DNA of 63,967 nucleotides, the filler included, from Choristocarpus tenellus KU-1152 (Eukaryota > Protista > Phaeophyceae): NCBI GenBank assembly GCA_964200185.2. It is 8 parts of 8 records of this genome, joined end to end, with 100 filler letters (N's around TTAATTAATTAA, not from the genome) between each part and the next. Parts side by side here need not be neighbours in the genome. Positions count along the whole stretch, not along the records: positions 18,600 to 46,965 come from CAXNAD020000125.1; 7 more parts are not named here. The stretch is one strand, 5' to 3'. Position 1 is the stretch's first letter; each line of letters opens with the position of its first letter. The position numbers and the translations under genes were made by a program. Positions 24,643 through 38,444 of this stretch are shown here, piece by piece. The notes beneath the pieces are model-generated. The model did not search any database. It had not been told where the DNA came from and worked only from the letters and a program-made list of their open reading frames with translations.

Positions 24643-27239
24643 ATATGTATATAGTTTTTTTTGGCTGTAATATGTAGATACTCTGTGTTGCCATTTAGGT
24701 GATGGGAAGGGAGTGGGTGTGTACAACTGTTGTGGGTAGAAGTCTGTTTCTATCGAACCTGAACCATACTAATACTCGAAGTAGGATATGCTGTTATTGT
24801 GTTTGGATGAAAGACAACAGTTGTATCTTTTTATTGTACCTTTGTGGGACTGCTGGTGGTTGGAGCCTTCACCGAGTGGTAAAATTATGTGGGTCATTTA
24901 TCAATGCTCCAGAGCTTGACCTCTTGTGAGAGAGGAGAGGAAGGGGAATAGGAGAGGGGAGTGAATGCTTTGTATATTCCCAAGGTTCATTCTGAGTTTG
25001 TCTTGGTGATGTTATTTTATGCATCTTGAATTGATGTGTCAAAGATGTCAGGTTGATAGTGCAACACACCACTGATTAAATTAATTGGAGGACCTTTTGC
25101 AGGACTTCGAATCTTCCCTCACCTGCCCCCAAAACATGCCTGTGTCCCTTGGCCCAGTTTAGAGCCTGGGGTGTGATAGTGAGTGGTCAATGTCTCACAA
25201 ATAGACGATGATCTGCATTCAACAGGTTAGATACTATATCGTAGCATCCCTGAGTTGCAAAACCTATTGAGTAAAAGCGGTGGGGACATTTTTTGGCCAT
25301 TCTGATGTGAAGAGAGGAGAGCAAGGCAAAGAGAGGGATAATAGCAGAGGAAGCTTACTACTTTTTTGTATTGATGTGGTCCCGTTCCTTTTTCATACAC
25401 ATGTGATGTGAGGGGTGGTGTTATGTAACCTGGCTCTGTATTTTTTCACTGTTGGTCACAATAGACAATGGCTGATGGGCTGAAGTCTAGCAACTCTCGA
25501 TGTAGGACTCCCTACCCATTTTGTTTCTCTCTTGCTACTACCTTCAGTGTGCAACCGTTCCTTTGTTCCTCCTTTGGGTGTTGGTTGCAATAGATTGAGA
25601 GACTATCGCTCAAGGTGAAGCAGGGAGAGGAGAGGGAGGGTACCGTTGCAGCAGGAAACTTGAGGGCTGGTGGTTCGACTAGATCACAAGGGGTGTCGAG
25701 TGGGAATCCAGGAGCTGCTTCAGTAGCAGCCAGGTGAAGGAATACCTCCTCTTGTTCACCTTTCTTGGTTGTTCGGTCCCATCCCTGTGCTCTTCTATGG
25801 GTTCCCTTAGTCCTTGCATCTCACTCTTCCTGCTACCCACCATTTAGTGTGCTGTGGTTTATTGATGGGTTAGAAATACCCTTCATGTTGACAGTGTAAT
25901 ATGTGGTGCGAAGCAAGTTATGGATTTCAGAAGAGCTGTGACACAATGGATGATCTCATTGTACAGTCTAGTAATCCCCCTATCGCTTTACTATCTGCTG
26001 TGGTCCTTCCTCTGGTCTAACTAAAGTTGCCAGGTGTCTGATCTCGTGGCTGGTCCTGTCAACATGGTATAATGAACAGAAAGGTTGTTACACAACCACA
26101 TGCAGAAAAAGTAGTGCATATGGGGGGGTGGGTATGTACTCCTTGGGAGTATTGGTCTTCTCACTGTGTGTTGTGTGGTGTGCTCTGATTGTTCTCTTTT
26201 GGATGCATTGCTCCTGAACTCCATTCTCCCTTCTGGTGGATGTTGATTCCTACAAACAGGCAATGGCACCAACAACAGCAACAGCAACAGGCTCATGGGG
26301 TGTCTAGAACCTCAGCCCAAATCATCCACATTAAGTGTGAAAATTGTCCACAGTGGCTACAGATCCCAGGGCAGGCCCAGCTTGTCTACTGCCCCGTTTG
26401 CAGGTGGGTATCTTTTTTGTTCTTTCTTTGTGCGGTTACACATGAGCAAGAGAACATTGTGGTTGAGTGAAGCCACAACTATTTTGTGACTTGTCATGGT
26501 GAAAAGGGGTGAGAATAGTGATTTCCCAGGTCAAAGCCAACAGTGTTTTGGTGCTGTAGTTTTCCACTCAGTATTTATGCTTTGCAACATAATGATTCTA
26601 TTGTAACCTGTCACCTTGGGGGTGTGTTGGGAATTGAATGAGCCAAAGTAAATGGGAGGTGCCCAGATTATGGCTCTTTTTCATTCCAAGCAGTTCTTCT
26701 CATCTCTTGCAATTAACCCATATTTATATGGATGAAGTGCCAAGATTAACTTGATAGTGTTAATTTCTCTATTATTATTATTTTATGACAGAATTAAGAA
26801 ACATGCCTTCATATATTTTAGAAATAGTCAAATTCTGCACCTTTTTTTTCATCCTTACAATGCAACCCTGGTAACCTCTTTTTTACTTTGGCTTAATATT
26901 TTATTCCTTTTTAAAAATCAATCTGCCTTCCTGACTTTGCAAGAAATTGACTACTTTTGAAATCCACATCTGTGATTTGCTGATCGTATGTGAACAGTAA
27001 TACTCATCTTTATTCCAAGTCCCCCCCCCCCCCACTCTGTACCCTTCTCAGCCACTATCATGCTTTTTTCACACCTTCTGGTATGGTCTGTTCTCTTGTG
27101 CAGTCACACTACTCAAGTCACCGCCAACACTATCCGGCATGTGCCAAATGGAACTGGAGAGCAGAACGCTGCAGGCTCGGGGACCACCAGCAATAGTGAT
27201 GAGGGGTTTATTGGTTTTGTAAGAAGAATATTTGCTTAA
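21934..27239 (+). CDS. Coiled-coil + LSD1-type zinc-finger protein, 8 exons (21934-22023, 22140-22262, 22515-22631, 23253-23481, 24469-24551, 25594-25733, 26260-26403, 27104-27239)
   Basis: All GT-AG junctions are phase-consistent and the frame stays open (~350 aa). Contains DELLSENERLRLVISDLTDEIERLSLKVK (coiled coil), polyQ, and IKCENCPQWLQIPGQAQLVYCPVCSHTT (CxxC-x-CxxC, LSD1-like); ends GFIGFVRRIFA*. Confidence 0.75.
22860..23268. repeat. ~205-bp tandem duplication in intron 3, including the splice acceptor
   Basis: gtcgaaa…ggttgttgtacatctgtcatagtgct…tgtgtaggg.a..cagaggact occurs at 22860-23062 and 23068-23268. Confidence 0.85.
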
Positions 27240-30200
27240 TGTAGTGTTCCATTGCATGAGGGAGGGGGCAGGGAACCAGGCATGGGTAAGAGCCATAAGC
27301 CTTCTGGCCAGACAGGTCCAAATGATGTTCATTGGTGGACCAGATGAGGCAAGGGAGGCAGGAACTACTAGTGAAGGTATTGTCTTTGCTTAAAAATTCA
27401 AGTTGGGTTTGAGATTTGCAGGGGTTTAGGTTGTTGGATGTGGATGGGTTGCCGACATTTGTGCTGAGAATCAGGGTGCTCCTGTGTGAGGCATGTTTTC
27501 CCCCACCTACAAACACAGGCATTGCCCTGCCTGTTTGTGCTACTCCTGCAGTGTGCTTGATTGGGATCATTGCATTTTAATGGTTTGATTTGTGTCATTT
27601 TTTTCCATTTTGCAGCTACTTTCTGATGGTGCACATTATCTTTTGCCTGTTGTCCTATAGTTGATGTATCTATCTTCTGTTTCATGAAATAGGCTGTTGA
27701 AATTTTTATTTGATCCTCTGTGGTTTGCTCCATCTTCCCCCCCCTCAATGTACAATGGTAGTTGTTGCAGTTTGTTCCAGTGTGTCATAAAGATTCCGGA
27801 GAACTAATTGTGGTGGCAGCGTACTGGCTGCAGGTTGCTATTGCATAGCACTGGCACCTTGTTTGCTGTTTTTTCCCCTTCAATTGAATGTGTGGGGAGA
27901 TATTGTCAGGATAGTGCACTGGCACACTGTTGTACTTGAGTTGTAATAAAGTACCTTGTGCATAAGTTTAGATTTCATGGGGTGCCTAGAAACCATGTAG
28001 TCTGTATCATGTTGGGGGTCATTTACGATTTTGTGTGAAAAAATAATTTGTTTTGAAGTATTCGACTTGAGGTATGCTTCGTGAATCTAAGGGCCTCCAA
28101 CCATACGATTTTTTTTTCTTTTCCTGTATGCAATTCGATGTATACTTCGTAGTATATGTATCAACAAAAAAACCGACTGTTCGGTAAATTTGTTTCGTAT
28201 TTGAGTGCAAGAATTTCTTGTACTTTGTATACAATGCACGGTTTATTATATTAGGCTCGACAAGCTTTTTCTTGTGTGAAAGAGGTATACCCATGATGGA
28301 GGTATACAATGTATGCTATCGCCCTGTCTTTGCCTGAAGTAAGGACTCTGACCTGGTGAGAGATCTGTTTCATTGGGGTGAAAATATGCTATTTCTTGGC
28401 ACAGGGGAAGTCCTCGTTTGGCTGGTCAACACATGGCAATCTGTTGTGCAGTGTAAAGCATGTGCTCTGAGAAGAGTGGTGGGTACTGTCCACTGTCGAG
28501 AGATTTTCTACTTTGAATGACTCTTGAGTATTGCCGTTGTGACAACTACACGTTTAGCAAGCAGTTAATTGTGCAGGAGCTGGACCAGATAGGTCCAGGT
28601 GAACGATCTTGTTTCAAGTTTTGTGTGGGAGGGGAGTGAGGATTTGCTCTACATGCAGAAAAGTCAATAGAGAAATTAGTGATCCCGGACATAAACACGT
28701 AGTATATATGATCACTTGCAGGGTACTAGAGCTCTTTCTGCTTTTGCCTCCAATGAGTAAGGAGGTTGGCTGATGTTGTTGAGGGTGTGCCAACTGTAAT
28801 TTTCCCTCCTGTACAGATAGATGAATCCCGAACTGAACGAGTGTTATTTCCACCCTTCGAAGTTTAGTTCATCATTTATCATTATCGGCATGGTGGGTTT
28901 TACCGGCAGGACTTCATGCCATCAATATCCTATGTCGAGATGTTCGTAAGAACTGGTCCTATTTGTACACACTGCTTTTGTTGGATCAGAGGAATATATT
29001 TTATGGTACACATTTCTCATCAATAACAATATTGAGAGGGAAAGACATGCTTAACATGAATTGGTGCGTTTTGTCTTTCTTCAGGTTGCTTGTCGTGTTT
29101 CACGCATATGCTTTTGGTACTTCGGATGAAGAACTTGACTTTACCCTTTCATTCAACAAAGAAAGGCTATATGCAATGTGTCATTAGGCAGAGCTCCTGC
29201 AAGTGAGTAGTAGTGATGTCAACTTTGCACTCACTTTAAGATGAGTGGTCGAGAGTGCAAACGGGAGCACACAAGCAGATACAGAAAGGATCTCAGTGAA
29301 CAATGCATCAAGCGAGACAAATTATTATATTTTTTGTTGTTCGAATATCGATGCAGAGGGAACAACCACACATGCTCTGGAATACCTAGGTCGAAATTTT
29401 GGTTGCCTGAAGGAGCATTATGCAGAGCGACTTCAACACACATTTGTGCAGTCTCTAACACAAATAATGGAACTCTTTCCACTATTGTACCATTTAATTA
29501 GCAGTATCATAATAATACAACTAATAGGTAGTACTAAATTTCAATTTGGTGATCTGCACACTCTGGTTCCATATCGGACAATTATAAATGATTTCACTGG
29601 TGTAAGGACAGGGAGTGAGCGGTAAATTCTGTGGTCTCTGTGGGATTTGTAGGTTCATTGTGGGGTTTGGTATGGATGAGTTGGCATTGAAATTATGTTG
29701 ATGCATCACATCATACCACATCAAGTGTATTCTGTTTTAAGTACAGCACATTGGGTGCTTCATGTTATGTGAACCTGTTCAGTCTGAGGTGGAAGGAGTA
29801 GGTATTATGAGGCCATCCATGTACCTGATAAAACGGGCTACAATTACGTACGTATGTGTGTCACACATACAGTCATGCCCCATTTCCTACTTGATAATAC
29901 ACGACCAGATCATTGAGCGATTTTATCTGTACATTTATACAGCATAAGAAACTTTGCCAACAAGCATGACATAGTACTCATTAAGAATACTTGAAAGAGA
30001 TAAGCAGATGCTCTGCGACAACAAGCATAGAGGAATAATGAATCTTCACAACATTGTTTAAATAGATCACAATATTATTAGCATATGCTGCATCAAAATC
30101 GAAGTAGTATTTTCCATAGGTCACCCTAAGCCTTAACTACTGCTACACTATGTATGTAAAAAAATTACATGCAAATTCTCATACACAACCTGAACAGCTG

Positions 30201-30331
30201 AGAAAAAGTTGATAGAGCTACTATAATTCCATCCACAAGAATGGCCATTTATTTACAATCAAAGTTGCAAGTATTTCATGGAGTAAGACAGAAGGCCTGT
30301 ACCAGACAACTTCCTCTTGAGGCAACTTCTC

Positions 30332-33300
30332 CTAATTGATGCGATACTTCTCAACAAAAAAACAAGCACCTCTGGGCTTGTGACTGAGGGCTGGTAGAAG
30401 GGGCCTCATCTGTTGGATATCATTTTCTGAGGGGTTAGTAATTGTCCCTATAAATTTCTGAAGCTGAAGCAAGTTTTCCTGCAACATCAAGCACTGTTGT
30501 TCCTTCAAGTTATGTACCAAGAAGGAATGGTGTTGGAATAAAGAAGAGCGGGGCACTGCAGACAACAACACAACACAATTCAAAACAGAACATTTTGTAT
30601 AGTTGACATAATACTCACTACTATTGTGCCCAATGTAAATGTCTACTCAGGCGCTTTCATCAAGCGTTTGTTGTTGGTGTGCAAGCATACAAAATCAGTG
30701 AGGCTGGCTGCACTCCACACTATTCCCTGGTGCTATACAAACAAATGAGAAGATGATACAAATACATGCCGCAAATATCTTCGATCCTACTGACAAATCA
30801 ATAATCCATCCATCCAAACCACTTTGCATAAGGGTAAAACACATCCTGCTACTAAACGACAACTTCTCTCTAGTGATTGCTCGAATACTTCAATATCCAT
30901 ACACCCTTGCCAGGCTCTAACAGCTCTACTCGAGCAGGCCATGGCAGTGGTATATCTGGAACCAGGCCACCTTCCCCTGCATCACGGCCCAGTGGTGTTA
31001 GTACACGCATCACAGTCACTGTGGCGCCTGAGCCATCTCTCAGACCATAAACACCCTGATCACAGTGAGCATAAGTGGGTGTGGGGTGTTAGGGACATCA
31101 GGAGTGCTTTCATGTGACTTGATTGCTCTACTCACTCATCCAATAACAATATGTTTTAGGGTGATCTCTCGTTCTGATTTGTGTTCCTTGTGACAGTGAG
31201 CAACTATGCAGAGCAATGGGAGGTCTTTCAATGGCTGCTTTGTCATATTTCTGATGAAGTGTGGCCATTATAGAGGTTAAAAGGCATGGGCACACTCTAT
31301 GCTGTGCGCCAATTCATTGCCCTGAAGCTTCAAGCGAGAGAGTATCTTAGAGGGTACAAGTTTTGCACTGTTTGTCCATTTGGGGCTTGGCTTTCCATGT
31401 TTTTTAATGACATTTTCCTGCTCCAAAATGTTTCGGAGTAGGTAAGGTGTATACGTTATGAAAAGGTGTGTCCGGAACAAGGATACTGACACTTCCTAAC
31501 AATCACGACAGCCAAAGTATCAACATTGGATTTTGACCTCATATGGACACGGCCCTACCCTCTAAAATACTTTGGCTCAAATGATCCTATAATGCCAATG
31601 GATTGGAAGCAAAATTCAAAATACAATCAGCACCAATCTATAAATCTCTCTCTTTGAGCATTTATACCACATGATTATTTGTTCCACCCCTTACCCACTC
31701 CGTGCTTAAAACATGTTTGCCTCCTCCCCCAACTGTGGTCCTCTTTCAGTAGCTTTGTTAAAAACTCGGTTCAAGAGTGGGAGGAAGAAGGGATGATTTC
31801 AGACGTTGCTCCATGCCATAGACTGTGGAATCGGCCACATTGCCATTGGAATGAAGGCTGCCCCGCGTAGCTTGTTGCGAGAAACATCCCCTGTATCGAA
31901 TATCAGATATCACTGCAACTTCACAAGCCACTGTGGAATGCATGTTCCCTAACACTATCTGACCTAATCTACCAGTCGAGAGTCATACCTTGCATGTGTC
32001 CACCACAACATATGCATGGTCAAGATAATTGACACATTCCTACTAATTAGTTCCATTCGTAATAGTTGACTTCATGTCAATCGCAGCAAGACCGCTATGA
32101 ATAAGAATGAGACTTAGGAGGTAGAGGATGTCGCAGAGTGAAGGTATCTCATGTGCTCCATCTGGGCGCATGACCTCTTCCATTGGTGCAATTCTGGCCT
32201 ATCCTTCTGCATCTCTCTGCCCACACATTGTACTCTGGAGTAGTAGACATTATAATTACTAAAAGGAAACTTCATTTATCTCAAGTCTGTATCGTAACCA
32301 GAGCTGCCCGCCCACCAGACCCCAGCAATGATCATATTCTCGGGCACTTGGCAGGACTTACAAGAAGATCAAGGAGGGAAGATGAGATTGTATGCAGGGG
32401 AAAATGTTGTCATCTCGATAAGCACACTCCTTACACACACACAAACACCCCCCCGAGGAAAACAGTTCTGTACCTGTGCGATAGACTTCCCAAATGTACG
32501 TGAGCCAAGGACCAGAGCACGGCCATGATCCTGGAGACACCCGGCAATGTGTTCTGCCGCAGAGGCTGTCTGGTGGTCTGTCAGTACCACCTTCTCTAGC
32601 GCAGTGGGAAGGGGGTGGGGGAAGGGAAGCCAGGGTTGTGTGCATATTATTTTCCCACCTTGCCATTTGACCATTTAACAAGGACGGACAAACAGTGCCG
32701 AGGAAATCGACCGGACTATTACACAACCAGAACAATCATCATTGTATGCTGTAAAAGGACCACTGTGAGGTGAGACAGACATCACATCACGGCAAATGTG
32801 AAGCTCTTTTTCCTGTTCAGCACGAACAAAAAAAAAGGTCAAAGGAGTCACAGTTCATCACTTTGTGCTCCCCTCCGCACAAGAAAAATACATCACAGCG
32901 GCATACTCGCTGAATTCGACAGGGCCAATTGAATGTTGACACTCACCAGAGGCGTATCCAGGCACTTGACACGGGCACCGCGGGTTCTCTTTACCCTTAC
33001 AGGTTTCCCACGCTCCTGCTCTCATATGTATATCATTACAGAGGAAATAAAACAACGAGAACAACAAGTAAGGCAATGCAGAGATTGAAATAGGGGTGAG
33101 ATAAGTGGTCTGGGGAAGGGTAAGGGTGGAATTTGCTCTGGGAATTGCCTCAGACATGCATGCACATGGGGGCATACTGGGTCACTCGTGGTATGTATGC
33201 AACATGTAGGCTACATGCCAGGTTACGGGCTACTGCCATGAAACTCACCCCTAGGGAAAAACAGAGAAATCTGAAATGGTACAGTATGTAACTAACTGTA

Positions 33301-35261
33301 CTAGAAATAGAGGGGTCAAGTGACCATTCACCACAAGGGGACACTTCAGGACAGAATTGCAACGAAAATATGGCAGAGAGGAGTGTCCATACTTGATGCT
33401 TGACGTTCAATGTTCTCAACAATACAAGAACATCTAATAGCACCAAGCACTTGATGTTTATTATCACCTTCATTTGAACAGCCACCTTGCCCCTTGGCAG
33501 CAGCACTGAGGGCACATCAAGAGATGCCTGGAAAGAGCCTCCTCCATTGCCTCGTAGATCCAGCACCAGCCCACGGACACCCCCCTCTTTGGCGGTTGTA
33601 CTCAACATGGATTCTACTGCCTGCTGCAGCTCTTCCCCAGTGTTGTCAGAGCAGGACAGGATCCTGACCACCCCTACCCTTGACGATTGGTTAAGCTCCC
33701 ACTGTACTGTTCTCTCTGGCTTCACATCAGGGTAGATCTCCACCTCTACCCGTGTTTCCGGCTCACCTAACCCCTTCATTGGGCTATCATGCTTGGCTGG
33801 TGTCTTCTTGCTGATCGGTTCTCCTTCCAAAGCAGAACCCACTCCCCTGGAGTTTCCCCTCAATACCCTTCGACGCCATAGAACTGCTCGGACAGCTTGC
33901 CCATCATGAAGGGCATATCTATCGCTTCCACCCCTCCAGTCTAAGGCCTTGTTTGCGGCACGGATGTCAATCTTGTTGTAGGCCTCCGTCCCCAGTTGCA
34001 GCACAACATCCCCTGGTCGTATGCCAGCTACTTCTGCAGGTCCACCAACATCCACCTTCCGAACTACTACTGGTTGGTGTTGAAGAGCAAGTGAATCACA
34101 CGTAAGAACAAAAGCTACGGTGAGGGCTAGAGTTAGACGCCGGCGCAGGCAAAGAGGGTGGAGCTCCTCAAAACTGTCACTGTCGTCGTCCTTCCGTCGG
34201 ATCTTGGATATCCAGTTGGCATTGAAGATGGCAGGGTGATGTGCAAGCACCCTGTCTGCCACACAGGCTGCAAATACAGCATCGATGATTTTGATGCGTG
34301 TGAACCAACTCGTTGATACCGCTGGGAAGCAATTAGGTTCCGGAGTAGTTTTTGGCAACCGTGTCGCCGGAGTTTCGATATGTGCTGTGGACGTCCTCCA
34401 AGGGGTATCTTCACTCCCTCTCTGTTGTACTAGCTCAGGAATCATAGCAGGCAACCATTCCCTGTGGAGCTGTATTCCTAGACCAAGATCGATACCCATA
34501 CCCTCGCATTGTTGCACTACCTGATCCAGCTGGCTAGGGTGAAGCATGCGCGTGTAGGGGTCCTTTAGTTTGTTGTAAATCGCTGCTGCCTCTGCACGAC
34601 CCCGAGCAATGGGGTCTGGTGAAACTTCCTCCTCTCTTCTAGCCTTAGGCTGGGCTGCTCCCACCTCCCTACTAGCCTCTGCCCGCATGCGCAACCAGTC
34701 GCCAGATGAGATTCTTCCAGCATCAATGTACTTCTTCTGGAGGAGTGTCACTGCTTCATCAACCACATCGTCTCCCTTGTCTCTCACAATCTTGCTCACG
34801 TTAGGGAATGTATTGGTTGCACCTTGATCGTGTACCACAGTCTCCTTCTTGCTAAAATCTAGTGGTTGCTTCCCGGTCAAAACCGACTCTATTGCTGAGG
34901 CACCTCCCAACGGCCCAACACTTGTGCCCGCCAGGCGGAGTGGCAGGGTCGTGGACAAAGTAGAAGTGCACAGAATTAAGACCCAGCGATAAGTAATGAG
35001 ATTCAGAACTTTTCTTAGAGCAGGAATCATTGCCAGGGGAAGACGAACGAAGCTCAGCAGTGATTGCCTCGGTCGATATAGGTTGCTTTCCATCCACGAG
35101 GACGTCGTTACTGGGTGCCCTCGAGCGTGGCTAACACGCGACCGAAACGGAGCGAGAAAGAGACAGGCACGATGACACCTTTTAGTGGGAGGTAGAACTA
35201 ACGAAAATTTGCACTTGCTCGGTGGCGTCATCGTTAACGGAAGCATGACCCTGCTCCCCAC
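30332..35261 (-). CDS. ctpA: C-terminal processing peptidase (S41A, CtpA-like) with PDZ domain; exons 35261/35246-33468, 33015-32947, 32590-32474, 31055-30905, 30447-30332
   Basis: Motifs LKDPYTRML, GGPAEVAGIRPGDVV (PDZ), LVLDLRGNGGG, VVLTDHQTASAAE (catalytic Ser), TFGKS (catalytic Lys), LRDGSGATVTV..LTPLG..GLVPD. Phases are consistent; an ASA-type lumenal cleavage site precedes IESV. Confidence 0.9.
31337..31578 (-). mobile_element. MITE family B copy (in CtpA intron)
   Basis: AGTATCTTAGAGGGTA ... TACCCTCTAAAATACTTTGGCTC; internal gtccatttgggg and ctccaaaatgtttcggagtaggtaa core. Confidence 0.85.
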
Positions 35262-35598
35262 TCAAATGATGTTTTCAAACTCAAGTTGTACACCACCCAG
35301 CTGCACATAGAAACTGTTCAATTAGTGACATTCCCCCGTCTTAGCCAAGCCCAGTAGATCTCGATCTTGCAATATTTCTAAGTATTGTCCTAGCTTGTTC
35401 AATGAGAAACAAGCCCATAGGCACTTGACTCGTCCTGTAAACTGTATCTGGAATAGACTTGTTGCATGTGTTCCATAGTCAAAACGTTGTAAGTTAAAAG
35501 CCTTCCCCAAATTTAGTTTCCTTGGATGTATTTACTAAAACTATAATACTCCTTTTTTCGTTTTTGAATCACATCATAGAGTAGTCCACCTGCCTTCC
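35262..35598. promoter_or_regulatory. Short divergent intergenic region, likely bidirectional promoter
   Basis: ~340 bp between the head-to-head starts of the CtpA-like and hydrolase genes; inferred from layout only. Confidence 0.4.
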
Positions 35599-38401
35599 AT
35601 GATGAACCTTCTCTTCTCCTGGCTTCTTTTTAGCACTATCTTGGGGATTGGCATCGCTTGGAGCTTCCCCGTTTGGGGTGCATGCGGTATATATTCACAG
35701 GGCCGGTTTCCACGACAGAGGAGACCCATCATCTACAGTGACTGTCTTCTCGTGACTGGTGGAATGAGCTCATCTGGTACCCCATCTACTAATGTTTGTG
35801 AATACTTTCGGTCGGCAAGTAGAAAAAATTGCCGGATGTGTGAAAGCTCTCCCAGCTTGGGAAGCGCCATAGATCACAATCTTCGCAATAGGCCCTTTTT
35901 GACTTCTGCTAACCTGGACTTGGGAATGGTGTCTCCTGCTCTTGGTGCTGGTGGCGATGGCGTCCCGGACATCGTAAACTTCAGAGGAGAGGTATTGAAT
36001 GCGTTATTCATAGTCTGCTGTGCCATTGTCCAGTGCCGACTGATGAAACTCGAAGTTGCCCGTTGTTGTGTTGTTGAAGTACTGGTGGCATGTGGTTGCT
36101 CTGATATCATTTCGATCCGAAAATACCTGTAATTGTTGTACGTACACCCCCTCTATCACCTTCCCGCCCCCTTTTCCTTGTTGTTTCAGACCCTAAAGTT
36201 TGGTGACTACCGCCGACCTTCGCTCGTGGAAAGATCAGCGATAACCCTTGCTTCAATTGGCCTGGTGGTATGGACGGCACTGAGATGGTACCGTAGGCTG
36301 AAGCAGCCGCTATCCAGGGCCTTGTTAACCTTGGCCACAGCTCCCATGGCGTGGCTCATGAGGGCGACTATCATGTTCAGCTACAGGTCGGTGAGATAAG
36401 GACTTCTGTTAAAGGGGCAGAGGGTAATTGACAAGTCCACATGGGAGTATTATGCACTCAGTTGAAGGCATCAGCAGCCCCTCAGCAGCTTTTCTGATGA
36501 CGTGGGGTATCACTTCGCCTCCGGAAAATATATGCTCGTACTCACAAACTTTTCGTTTCGAAATTTTCACAGCTCCAATACAATGTTGTCGTATGGGATT
36601 GCAGGGAATGCACATGCCAGCCCAAGCTAAGGACTGCTGAAACTGTGACCTTCAAGAACAGCTTCTTCAACGACTTTGGTGGCCTTAAGGTGCAGTCAAC
36701 TTGACTCTGTCCTGTTTGTGTGCACCTTCCCTGACTCTCTTGTGAGCGTATAACATAGTACTGTAGATGATGGGAAATTGCAATTGCTAAGGGATATGCA
36801 TACAAGCCCATGTATCTATGTTCAGGTTGGCCGAATCCAGCTACTAGACTACTTGCACCTGCCTTCCCCAGGAGATAGAGATATCTTATTTCCTACTGAT
36901 AAAGTTGTGAATTGGCTGGACCTATGGCTTCTTACTGCATTCAGTTGGATACTGACTGACTAATCACTTTGGTTGTAGTGTACACAAAACATAATGGGTA
37001 TAGCAACCGTTCTGTGGTACTATCCTTGCAAGATGAACTCAATGGTGAATAGAGAGATAATAATTGTCATGTGACACTCGATGGTATTCATAGAAAGTAA
37101 CCATTGTGCATTCAAAAGTGCATTGACATGTGTGGTGAGGTAATGGACTCGCCAACATTCAGTTACATGTGTAAGAACATATATATATATGGCATGTTAC
37201 ATCTAATTGAATGAGATTGATTATCACCAGTTCTGATTCACAAATGTACATATTTTGGAAGGACTGTAGCTCATTATCTTGTGCCCAAGGTATCCATGCA
37301 GCAGTCAGAAACAAATTCACATTGAGCCCAGTCATTCAGGCTTGCTGTATTGCACTTAGTACGGTGAAGGTGAGTATATCATGTATACCATGTATGTTTA
37401 GGTGTCCGCTACTATGCACCTATTATAACTGTCTATATGTGTAAATAGTTCTGAGAGCACAGAATCAATAGTCAATTAACCCCGATAAATCTTCTCCCCA
37501 TGTTCTGAAATACATCACATCCTCACCCATGTCCCCACAACAATGACTTCGTGCATCTTGTGCATGGTAATGGGTCCTTAGGTGGCACATCTTGTAAACC
37601 TCATCCTGAAAATTTCCATTTCACCCAGCTGGCGTTGGTGAGGTTCCTGCACATATGACGCCCAGTTGCCTTGTTTGCTTTTCAAGTGTATTGAAACTTC
37701 CGCACTGTGGTTGTGGTGAGAGCACCTCTTATGGTTGCGCTTCGGGATACAGAAGTCCTGTGTGAAACATCTCCCTTATGGGGTCAGGGTCAGGAGTAAC
37801 CTTATGCCTACACCGCAGTACTTGTGACATGCTTCATGGTAGTTGTATACATGCCTGTTGAGTAATGAATTTATTATAGCTATTTTGGGGGAGGGGTATT
37901 GAAGCAGGGTGCCTCATCGAACTGTGGTGCCTTACCTAAAGGTGAATCTGCATAGTAGTGTTAACTCATGGCGTGGTTGTGGATACAGAACTCCAAAAAT
38001 GCAATTGTGGGTGACTACCAACGAGGTAGCCACGTTTTGTATTCATACATCCCCAGAATCTTGAGAATGTAGTACACTTTGCACACACACACACACACAC
38101 ACACCATAAACGTTAGAAATATTAGTAACATAGAGTCCTTTTGTTCAACTAGGTACACTACCTTAGGACTGAGGTGGCAGTTGAAGACGAGGAAGACGGT
38201 GGTCATCATCCCACCAAATCCGTGCTCCACCTTGGCCACGGTTTCGGAGCTTCATCACTATCTTGGACACCAGTTCTGGGTTCCCTGTCGAAGGCCTTTC
38301 GAGCAGTTGCGGTTGCACATGACACTCCAGGCTTTGGACTTACGGAACGCCCAGGATTGCGTGGGGCTTTGAACAAGCTCTACTCTTTAGACAACAATGC
38401 T

Positions 38402-38444
<43 letters not shown>

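Noticed and set aside
28963-29625. Overlapping short ORFs
   Set aside because: No recognisable motif or consistent splice model.
33150-33467. Hydrophobic C-terminal ~105 aa of the 703-aa ORF as transmembrane helices
   Set aside because: Intron read-through past the donor at 33468; the S41 motifs continue in downstream exons.
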